Shown here: positions 1-8,649 of the stretch, piece after piece | Numbering within the stretch: the stretch's first letter is position 1 | How the letters are laid out: each line of letters opens with the position of its first letter | DNA from: an uncultured Chloroflexia bacterium | GTDB taxonomy: Bacteria > Chloroflexota > Limnocylindria > Limnocylindrales > CSP1-4 | Reading direction: 5' to 3' | DNA: 64,000 nt | NCBI GenBank assembly: GCA_963746845.1 | Contig: CAVVCZ010000004.1 | Location: forward strand, 384,001 to 448,000 | Made by a program: the position numbers and the translations under genes | Notes under the pieces: model-generated | The model's input: the letters and a program-made list of their open reading frames with translations, nothing else | The model's database searches: none | Told to the model about the DNA's origin: nothing

Positions 1-1
1 T

Positions 2-1810
2 TACCAGCTCCGCGACGTCCTCGCCGACGTCCGCCAGGAGCTCGACGACATCGTCGCGCAGGAGCGTGCCGGCATCGAGCGCCGGCTGGACGACGCCGCC
101 TCGCCGCCCGACGGGTCGCCCTCCGACCCGGCGCTCCGGGCGATGCTCCGCGACGCCGCGGCCCGCCGGATCGACCAGCTCGACGACCTGCCGCGCGACG
201 TCGGGGGCCGGATCCGCCGGCTCGAGGAATACGACTTCATGGAGCCGGAGGCGCGCGACCGGTTCAACGCCCTCACGGAGCGGCTCCGGAAGCAGACCCT
301 CGACCGCTTCGTCGACGGCCTGTCGGAGGCGATCCAGGGCACGACGCCCGAGGACCTCGCGGCGAACCGGGAGATGGTCCGCGATCTCAACTCGCTCCTC
401 GAGGAGCGGCTCGACGGCCGCGAGCCGGGCCAGGACCAGGTCGACGACTTCCTCGCGAAGCACGGGCGGTTCTTTCCCGGAGCCCGGACCCTCGACGACA
501 TCGTCGAGCAGCTGACCCAGCGGATGGCCGCGATGTCCTCGCTCCTCCGGTCGATGACGCCGCAGCAGCGCGCCGAGCTCCAGTCGATGATGGACGCCCT
601 GCTCCGTGACGACCGGCTGCGCTGGGACCTCGCGCGGCTGGCGTCGAACATGGACCAGCTGATGCCGGACGGCCTCGGGGAGGGCTACGAGTTCAGCGGC
701 GAGCAGCCGCTCGGCCTGGAGCCGGCGCTCGAGCGGATCGGCCAGCTCCAGTCGCTCGACCGGCTCGAGGACCAGCTGAACGCGATCGAGGAACCGGCCG
801 ATCTCGGCGGACTCGACCCCGATGAGGTCCGCGAGCTGCTCGGGGCCGACAGCGCGCGCGACCTCGAGGCGCTCGACGAGCTCGCCCGGCGGCTCGAGGA
901 GGCCGGCTACCTGTCGCGCAAGGGCGATCGGATGGAGTTGACCCCGCGCGGCAGCCGGCGGATCGGTCAGAAGGTCCTCGACGATCTGTTCGCGCGGCTG
1001 TCCCGCGACGCCTTCGGCGGTCACCGGATCGACCGGGCCGGTCGGGGAGGTGAGCGCGAGGAGACGACCAAGCCCTACGAGTTCGGCGACCCGTTCCACC
1101 TGGATATCCGCGGCACGATCGAGAACGCGCTGAGACGCCCCGAGAACGCGCCGGCCGAACGGCTCGCCCGGGGCGATTCCGGTGTCCGGCTCTCACCCGC
1201 GGACTTCGAGGTCTTCCGGACCGAGCAGATGACCCGGACGTCGACCGTCCTGCTCGTCGACATGAGCCGCTCGATGCTCCTGCGGGGCTGCTTCGTGGCG
1301 GCGAAGAAGGTCGCGGTCGCCCTCGACACCCTGATCCGGACCCAGTTCCCGCACGACGACCTGTCGATCATCGGGTTCGCCTACTACGCCCGCGAGCTGC
1401 GGCCGGAGGCCCTCGCCGAGCTGACCTGGCACGGCTACGAGTACGGCACGAATCTGCAGCACGGGCTGATGCTCGCGCGCAAGATCCTCGCGCGGCAGCG
1501 GGGCGGGGATCGCCAGATCGTCGTGATCACGGACGGCGAGCCGACCGCCCACTTCGAGAACGGCCAGGTCGAGTTCAGCTACCCGCCGACCCGGCGGACG
1601 ATCCAGGAGACCCTCCGCGAGGTCCAGCGCTGCACCCGGGACGGGATCACGATCAACACGTTCATGCTCGAGCGCTCGCGCGCGCTGGCGGAGTTCGTCG
1701 CGCTCGTCACCCGGATGAACCGCGGCCGGGCGTTCTACGCGACCCCGGAGCGGCTCGGCGAGTACGTCCTCGTCGATTTCGTGGCGAACCGGACCCGCGG
1801 CGTGGGCTAG
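2..1810 (+). CDS. VWA domain-containing protein (5' partial)
   Basis: Frame is open from position 2 (YQLRDVLADVRQELDD...). The C-terminal VWA domain has MIDAS-like DMSRSM and ITDGEPT motifs. Confidence 0.85.
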   Translation, partial: YQLRDVLADVRQELDDIVAQERAGIERRLDDAASPPDGSPSDPALRAMLRDAAARRIDQLDDLPRDVGGRIRRLEEYDFMEPEARDRFNALTERLRKQTLDRFVDGLSEAIQGTTPEDLAANREMVRDLNSLLEERLDGREPGQDQVDDFLAKHGRFFPGARTLDDIVEQLTQRMAAMSSLLRSMTPQQRAELQSMMDALLRDDRLRWDLARLASNMDQLMPDGLGEGYEFSGEQPLGLEPALERIGQLQSLDRLEDQLNAIEEPADLGGLDPDEVRELLGADSARDLEALDELARRLEEAGYLSRKGDRMELTPRGSRRIGQKVLDDLFARLSRDAFGGHRIDRAGRGGEREETTKPYEFGDPFHLDIRGTIENALRRPENAPAERLARGDSGVRLSPADFEVFRTEQMTRTSTVLLVDMSRSMLLRGCFVAAKKVAVALDTLIRTQFPHDDLSIIGFAYYARELRPEALAELTWHGYEYGTNLQHGLMLARKILARQRGGDRQIVVITDGEPTAHFENGQVEFSYPPTRRTIQETLREVQRCTRDGITINTFMLERSRALAEFVALVTRMNRGRAFYATPERLGEYVLVDFVANRTRGVG

Positions 1811-1892
1811 CAGAACCGGGTCACGCTCCACGAGGCGCGCCTCTATGCTCGCGAATCGAGCGCGGCGTCCGCCGTGCCATGGCGAGGAATCC

Positions 1893-2369
1893 ATGACGAT
1901 CTGGATCGCGATCTTCCTGTTCCTGCACGTGATGGGCGCGATCATCGCGTTCGGCCCGACGTTCTCGCTCCCGATCATCGGCAAGATGGCCGGCCAGGAG
2001 CCACAGCACGCGAACTTCGCCGCCCGGGTGACCGTGAAGATCGCCGGCCAGCGGATCGAGCCGCTCGCGATCTTCCAGGGCGTCACGGGCCTGATCCTGA
2101 TCTGGCTGACGGGGATCAACCCGTTCTCGACGCTGTGGCTCGGGCTCGGGATCATCCTGTACGTGATCGCGCTCGGCTACGCGCTCGGCGTCCAGCGGCC
2201 GACCGCCGCGAAGATCGCGGAGCTCAGCGCGACGCCGCCGCCTCCAGGTGCCACCGGCCCGTCGCCGGAGCTGATGGCCGCCGTCAAGAAGGCCCAGCGC
2301 GGCGGGATGTTCCTCGGGATCATGATCATCCTGATCGTGATCCTCATGGTGACCAAGCCGACCCTCTGA
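1893..2369 (+). CDS. Integral membrane protein, DUF2269-like
   Basis: GAGGA RBS before ATG 1893; four hydrophobic segments; N-terminal FLHV.GAIIAFG motif. Confidence 0.7.
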   Translation: MTIWIAIFLFLHVMGAIIAFGPTFSLPIIGKMAGQEPQHANFAARVTVKIAGQRIEPLAIFQGVTGLILIWLTGINPFSTLWLGLGIILYVIALGYALGVQRPTAAKIAELSATPPPPGATGPSPELMAAVKKAQRGGMFLGIMIILIVILMVTKPTL

Positions 2370-2459
2370 TCGTCGCAACCGGGGCGCAACCGGGCCGCTC
2401 CCGGCGGGCGGTCTACCATGGGTTCGATCGCCCCGCCTGCCGCTGGAGAGCCCTGACCG

Positions 2460-3872
2460 ATGCCCCACGTCGCCGACCGTGTACCGGACCTGATCGACCG
2501 CCTCGGTGGCGCGGCCCGCCTCGTCGGTGACGCGCTCGTCGTCGACGACGAGGCGACGTTCCGGAGCACGACGATCCGCGACCTCGCCTGGACGGCGGCG
2601 TTCGCGACCGATGAAGCGACGACCGCGGCCGCCCAGTGGCTGATCCACGAGGCCGCTCGGGTCCTCGGGGCGCACAGCGCGAGCATCCACGACCTGTACA
2701 TGGCGCGAGCCCGCGGCGAGGTCTCCGGGTTCACCGTCCCGGCCATCAACATCCGGGCCCAGACCTTCGACATGGCACGGACGGTCTACGAGACCGCGAC
2801 GGCGGCCGGCGTCGGCGCCGTGATCCTCGAGCTCGCCCGGAGCGAGCAGACGTACACCTTCCAGCGGCCGATCGACTACTCGACCGCGGTGCTGGCGGGT
2901 GCGGTTGCCGCGGGCTGGCGGGGCCCGATCTTCATCCAGGGGGACCACTACCAGTTCAACGCGAAGAAGTACGCCGCAGACCCCGAGGCGATGACCGAGG
3001 AGATCCGCCGGGCATGCCGTCTCGCGATCGACGCCGGCTATCGGAACATCGACATCGACAGCTCGACCCTCGTGGATCTGTCGAAGGCCACCCGAGACGA
3101 GCAGCAGCGCGAGAACTACCTGCGGGCGGCCGAACTGACCGCCCTGATCCGATCGCTCGAGACCGACGGGGTGACCGTCAGCGTCGGCGGCGAGATCGGC
3201 GAGGTCGGCAAGGAGAATTCGAACGAGGAGGAGCTGGTCGCCTATCTCGACGGCTACCGCGCCGAGCTTGGGCGCCGCGCACAGGGCGCGATCGGCATCA
3301 GCAAGGTCAGCGTCCAGACCGGCACGTCCCACGGCGGTGTGCCGATGGCGGACGGCACCGTGGCCGCGGTGAAGCTGGACTTCGACGTGCTGCGCCGGCT
3401 CGGCGAGGTCGCCCGCTCGTACGGGCTGGCGGGTGCCGTCCAGCACGGGGCGTCGACGCTGCCGGACGAGCTGTTCCACCACTTCCCGGCGGTCGAGACC
3501 GCCGAGATCCACCTGGCGACCGGCTTCCAGAACGCGCTCTACGAGCACCCCGCCTTCCCGGCCGAGCTCCATCGCGAGATCGAGGGATGGTGCTTCGACA
3601 ATGCGCTCGACGAGCGCAAGGCCGACCAGACCGACCAGCAGTTCGTCTACACGACCCGCAAGAAGGCGATCGGGCCGTTCAAGCGCCAGCTGTGGGACCT
3701 CGCGACGAAGGACGAGATCCTTGCCGCCCAGCGGCGGAAGATCGCGTTCCTGTTCACGGAGCTCGGCGTGAACGGCTCGCGATCGATGGTCGAGCAGTAC
3801 ATCCGGTCGGTCGAGCAGCGGCGCCCGATGCCGGATGCGCTCCGCGCGGCGACGGCGGGGGTCGCGGGCTGA
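2460..3872 (+). CDS. Class II fructose-bisphosphate aldolase family protein
   Basis: VPAIN, QGDH, GEIGEVG, GTSHGG and VQHGAS metal-binding motifs. Confidence 0.85.
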   Translation: MPHVADRVPDLIDRLGGAARLVGDALVVDDEATFRSTTIRDLAWTAAFATDEATTAAAQWLIHEAARVLGAHSASIHDLYMARARGEVSGFTVPAINIRAQTFDMARTVYETATAAGVGAVILELARSEQTYTFQRPIDYSTAVLAGAVAAGWRGPIFIQGDHYQFNAKKYAADPEAMTEEIRRACRLAIDAGYRNIDIDSSTLVDLSKATRDEQQRENYLRAAELTALIRSLETDGVTVSVGGEIGEVGKENSNEEELVAYLDGYRAELGRRAQGAIGISKVSVQTGTSHGGVPMADGTVAAVKLDFDVLRRLGEVARSYGLAGAVQHGASTLPDELFHHFPAVETAEIHLATGFQNALYEHPAFPAELHREIEGWCFDNALDERKADQTDQQFVYTTRKKAIGPFKRQLWDLATKDEILAAQRRKIAFLFTELGVNGSRSMVEQYIRSVEQRRPMPDALRAATAGVAG

Positions 3873-4435
3873 CGGACCCCACGCCACCGGCCGGTCTCCG
3901 GATCCGGCCCGAGACGCCGGCCGACTTCGCGGCGATCGATCGCTTCCAGCTGGCCGCGTTCGGCGATCCGCAGATCCCGCCGTTGATCGCGGCGATCCGG
4001 GCGGATCCCGGCTACATCCCGGAGCTCGCGCTCGTGGCGGAGCTCCCCGGCCACGGCGCCGCGCGGCCACAGGTCGTCGGCCAGATCATGGTCAGCGGGA
4101 CGGTCCTCGGGATCGACACTGGGGCGCGCGTGGCCGTGCTGATGCTGTCGCCGCTTGGCGTGGATCCCGGCTGGCAGGGCCATGGGATCGGCGCGGCGCT
4201 GACCCGCGCCGCCCTCGAGATCGCCGACCGGCGCCCGGAGCCGCTGATGATCGTCCAGGGCCACCCGGGCTACTACCCGCGCTTCGGATTCGTGCGCGGT
4301 CGGACGATCGGCGTGCTCCCGCCCGAGCACCTCGGCACGATCGACCAGGCGTGGATGGCCCGGCGCTCACCCACCTGGAGGCCCTCGATCCGCGGCCGCG
4401 TGGTCTACCCGGGGCACTTCCTCGACCTCGACTGA
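3869..4435 (+). CDS. GNAT N-acetyltransferase (YhbS-like), probable CTG start
   Basis: IRPETPADF, LSPLGVDPGWQGHGIG and GHPGYYPRFGF motifs. Start placed at the CTGA overlap with the upstream stop. Confidence 0.8.
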   Translation: MTDPTPPAGLRIRPETPADFAAIDRFQLAAFGDPQIPPLIAAIRADPGYIPELALVAELPGHGAARPQVVGQIMVSGTVLGIDTGARVAVLMLSPLGVDPGWQGHGIGAALTRAALEIADRRPEPLMIVQGHPGYYPRFGFVRGRTIGVLPPEHLGTIDQAWMARRSPTWRPSIRGRVVYPGHFLDLD

Positions 4436-4677
4436 GGTCCGCCGCCGGGCCGCCTCCGTCTCCGGGGGCTGTCCAGCGGCCCAACCGACCGCCGGACCGG
4501 CTGCGAGCCGCGATCGGGACCGGCTTCCGGGGGCGATGGCGGTCGCGCGGTCTGCCGGACGGCCCGGATCGACCAACCCGACTCGGATGTGGCCGTACAG
4601 GGCCACGTCGGCGGTCGTTTTCGTCCGCCCCATGGCCATCGCGGGATGGAAACGGGCCCGCCGGTTCGGGAACTCCG

Positions 4678-4706
4678 TTGACTCGCCTCGTGGCGATGCC
4701 TATTCT
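4678..4706 (+). promoter_or_regulatory. Sigma70-type promoter of the amino acid permease operon
   Basis: TTGACT-17 nt-TATTCT; GGAGGAGG RBS before GTG 4825. Confidence 0.7.
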
Positions 4707-4824
4707 CGGCCGAAATCGCGTCGCCACGGAGGGGGCGATGCGGTCCGGTGTGCCCTGCGTCCTCGCGTTCCACTCCAGAGGTCAGTCTCGCGCCCGTCGG
4801 GCGCGGCGGTAGGAGGAGGAAACC

Positions 4825-6466
4825 GTGACGGGATCGGTCCAGGACCAGGTAGCGCGCGACGACGCTCAACTGCGATCGCTCGGGATCAAGCCCGAGCTCA
4901 GACGGACGCTCGGGTTCCTGTCGAACTTCGCGATCGCGTTCAGCTTCATCAGCGTCTCGACGGGCAGCTACGGCAACTTCGCGATCGGAATCGGCCAGGC
5001 CGGTCCAGCGTTCTTCTGGTCGTGGCCGATCGTGATCATCGGCCAGTTCATCGTCGCGCTCGTCTTCGCCGAGCTGGCCAGCCACTTCCCGGTCGCGGGC
5101 TCGATCTACCAGTGGTCGAAGCGCCTCTCGAACCGGACCCTCGGCTGGTTCACGGGCTGGTTCTACTTCTGGGCCCAGGTCGTGACGGTCACGGCGGTCG
5201 CGGTCATCGTCGGGTACGTCATCGACGGCATCCACGGTCCGGTTCCCGAAGGACAGACGCCTTTCCTGTCGAGCCCGGATCCGACCGGCCTCACCTCGAT
5301 GTTCACGTTCATCGCGCTGGGGACGCTCGTGATCACGACGGTGATCAACGCCTACGGAGTCCGGCTCCTGTCGATCCTGAACAACATCGGCGTCGGGACC
5401 GAGATCCTCGGCATGGTCGTCTTCGCCCTGATCCTGCTGTTCTTCGCGCACAACCAGCCTGCGAGCGTTCTGTTCGACTCGGCCGGAACCGAGCAGGCGA
5501 CGGGCGGGCAGTACCTGCCGGCCTTCTCTCTCGGCATGTTCATGGCCCTGTTCGTCGTCTACGGCTTCGACACGGCCGGCACGTTCGGCGAGGAGACCGT
5601 CGACGCCGGCCGGCACGCACCCCGCGGCGTGATCTGGTCGGTCGCGATCGCCGGCATCGTCGGGACGATCTTCCTCGTCGCCGTCATCCTCGCGATTCCG
5701 GACATGTCCGCCGCGATCAAGGAGGGTCAGGCTCTCGGCTTCCCGATCGCGACCACGATCACCTCGACACTCGTGTACGACATCGGGGGAACCGGGATCA
5801 CCGTCGGCGAGATCTATCTGTTCGTCATCCTCGCCTCGGTCTTCGTCTGCACGCTCGCGATCCAGGGGGCGGCGAGCCGGATGATGTTCTCGATGAGCCG
5901 CGACAAGCACCTGCCGTTGGGAGGCGTGTGGGGCCACGTCAATTCGAGGTTCCGGACGCCGGCGAACGCCGCCATCGCGGTCGGCATCCTCGCGGCGATC
6001 CCCATCCTCGTCATCGGCCCGGGCGGCGGGTTCTCGGTCTCCATCGCGGCCACCGGGCTGATCTATCTCAGCTACCTGCTCTGCAACATCGGCGTCATGG
6101 CCGCCCGGATGCGCGGCTGGCCACGGACGCCGGCGTGGTTCAGCCTGGGTCGATGGGGAAAGCTGGTCAACGTGGTCGCGATCCTGTGGGGCGGGCTGAT
6201 GCTGATCAACATTGCCATCTGGCAGGACCCGAACCTGTTCGGTAACTTCGGCGGCGCCGGACGTGCGGCAACGAACCCGACGATCGACACGTTCGTGAAG
6301 CCGTTCGGCAACGACGATCGCCGGCATGCCGGCCTGGCCGGTGTTCGAGGTCCTCGTGATCGCGTTGATCCTGTTCGGTGCGCTCTACTACGTCGTGTCG
6401 ATCCGCGGTCGTGCCCCCGACACCGAGGCGGCGGATGCCGCGACGGGCGAAGCGGTGATCGGCTGA
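4825..6466 (+). CDS. APC-family amino acid/amine permease, with a +1 frameshift near 6310
   Basis: LRRTLGFLSNFAIAFS, AELASHFPVAGSIYQW and EETVDA motifs. The last TM helix (PAWPVFEVLVIALILFGALYYVV) lies in a shifted frame ending at TGA 6464-6466. Confidence 0.85.
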
Positions 6467-6545
6467 CAGCCATCCCTGGATCCCTGTCCTCCAGCGGCGC
6501 GCCGTCCCCCCGGCGCGCCGCTGTCCTTGTCCGGGCGACGTCCCC

Positions 6546-7502
6546 GTGACGGAGACGACCGAGCCCGCCCTCCACGGCGAGCTCCGGGACGAGCTCGTCC
6601 GGGCGATGCAGCGCGTGCCGGAGCTCGCCGGCCGTGAGCTGACCCTCACGGCGCTCTCCGGCGGGATCACGAATCGGAACTTCCTCGTGACGGTGGCCGG
6701 CTCGACCGACCGGTACGTCATCCGGCTCGCCGGCAACGACACCCACCTGCTCGGGATCTCGCGGGAGGTCGAGCATGCCGCCACCGTCGCGGCGGCCGGC
6801 GTCGGCGTGGGGCCCGAGGTGACCGCGTTCATCCGGCCCGAGGGCTACCTGGTCACCCGGTTCATCGAGGGCTCGCCCGTCTCGGACGAGGCCGTCCATA
6901 CCGCGGAGACGATCGGCCGCGTCGCGGTGTCCCTTCGCCGGATCCATGACGGCCCGCCGATCCCTGGACTGTTCGTCCCGCTCCGGATCGCCGAGGCGTA
7001 CCGGGCGCTGGCGGTCGCCCGCGGGGTGCCGATCCCGCCGGAGTACGAGCTGACCGCCGCGATCGGCCGGCGGATCGAGCTCGCCTGTCTGGCCAACCCG
7101 GTCGAGCTGCGGCCGTGCCACAACGACCTTCTGAACGCCAACTTCATCGACGACGGGGCGCGGATCCGGATCGTGGACTGGGAGTACGCCGGGATGGGCG
7201 ACCCGTTCTTCGACCTCGGCAACTTCAGCATCAACCACGAGCTGACCGCCGACGAGGACGCGTACCTGCTGTCCATGTACGACGGATCCGATCACGCCGA
7301 CGACCGCGCGGCCCGGCTCGCCCGGCTGACCCTCATGCGGACGGTGTCGGACTTCCGCGAGGCGATGTGGGGCGTGCTCCAGCAGGGCATCAGCACGCTC
7401 GACGTCGACTTCGTCGCGTACGCGGGCGAGCACTTCGAGCGGCTGCTCGAGGGGGCGACGACGCCGCGCTTCGAGCGGGCCCTGCGCGAGGCGGCCGGCT
7501 AG
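6546..7502 (+). CDS. Choline/ethanolamine kinase-family phosphotransferase
   Basis: LSGGITNRN, CHNDLLNAN (Brenner motif) and IVDWEYAGMGDPFFDL. Confidence 0.85.
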   Translation: MTETTEPALHGELRDELVRAMQRVPELAGRELTLTALSGGITNRNFLVTVAGSTDRYVIRLAGNDTHLLGISREVEHAATVAAAGVGVGPEVTAFIRPEGYLVTRFIEGSPVSDEAVHTAETIGRVAVSLRRIHDGPPIPGLFVPLRIAEAYRALAVARGVPIPPEYELTAAIGRRIELACLANPVELRPCHNDLLNANFIDDGARIRIVDWEYAGMGDPFFDLGNFSINHELTADEDAYLLSMYDGSDHADDRAARLARLTLMRTVSDFREAMWGVLQQGISTLDVDFVAYAGEHFERLLEGATTPRFERALREAAG

Positions 7503-7566
7503 CGGCGCAGGGCGGCCGACGACGCCCGCCCGCTGATCTCCCGGTCCCCGGGTACCCTTCCCTCCG

Positions 7567-8589
7567 ATGGACGACCGCGCCTCGACCGCACGCCAGGCGG
7601 GCCTGCTCATCGTGGTCTTCATCGCCACGCTCGTCCTGCTCGCCGGCCTCCGCGCACTGATCGATGGGTCCGGCGCGCGCGACGCGACGGCCTCCCCCCG
7701 CACGAGCGGGCCGACCGCGTCCGCCCCGGGATCGATCGCGAGCAACCCGGCGGGCGGCCCCTCGGCGACGCCCCTCGGCCCGGACCCGTCGGGCACCGTG
7801 GTGATCACCGGCGCCGGCGACATCGCCGTGTGCGGATCGGACGGAGCGAAGCAGACGTCGGACATCCTGCTGCAACAGCAGGGCGCCTTCTTCACCGCCG
7901 GTGACAACGCGTACGACAAGGGCACCGCCACGGAGTTCGCGACCTGCTACGACCCGACCTGGGGCCGCGTGAAGGACCGGACGATCCTGCCGGTCGCCGG
8001 CAACCACGACTGGGACACAACGGGCGCCGCCGGGTACCTGGCCTACTTCGGGACGACGGCCGCGCCGCAGGGCGTGACCTGGTATTCGACGGACGTCGGA
8101 GCGTGGCACGTCATCGTCCTCGACTCGGAGTGCCCTCAGGTCGGCGGCTGCGGCACCGACTCGCCGCAGGGCCGCTGGCTCGCCAACGACCTGACGACCA
8201 GCACGGCCCGCTGCACGCTGGCGATCTGGCACAAGCCCCGATTCAGCTCCGGCGAGCACGGGGACGATCGCGACGTCGGCCCGTTCTGGGACCTGCTGCA
8301 CGAGGACGGCGCGGAGCTCGTGATCAACGGCCACGACCATGACTACGAGCGGTTCGCGCCGCAGGACCCGAGCGGCAACGAGGAGCGGCCCGGCGGGATT
8401 CGGGAGATCGTCGTCGGAACCGGTGGGGCGGAGCTGCGCCAGTTTGGCCGGACGGCCCGGAACAGCGAGTTCCGGATGGCCGGCACGTACGGCGTCCTGC
8501 GCCTGACCCTCCACCCGGCGAACTACGACTGGGAGTTCCTGCCGGTCAGCGGCGACGTCGCGGACTCGGGCTCGACGATCTGTCACTGA
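7567..8589 (+). CDS. Membrane-anchored or secreted calcineurin-like metallophosphoesterase
   Basis: N-terminal TM; AGDIA, GDNAY, GNHD and GHDHDYER motifs. Confidence 0.85.
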   Translation: MDDRASTARQAGLLIVVFIATLVLLAGLRALIDGSGARDATASPRTSGPTASAPGSIASNPAGGPSATPLGPDPSGTVVITGAGDIAVCGSDGAKQTSDILLQQQGAFFTAGDNAYDKGTATEFATCYDPTWGRVKDRTILPVAGNHDWDTTGAAGYLAYFGTTAAPQGVTWYSTDVGAWHVIVLDSECPQVGGCGTDSPQGRWLANDLTTSTARCTLAIWHKPRFSSGEHGDDRDVGPFWDLLHEDGAELVINGHDHDYERFAPQDPSGNEERPGGIREIVVGTGGAELRQFGRTARNSEFRMAGTYGVLRLTLHPANYDWEFLPVSGDVADSGSTICH

Positions 8590-8649
8590 CCGGCGCCGAG
8601 CGGTGACACGGCCCCACGCGACGCACACCCGCCCGATACGCTCTTGCGC

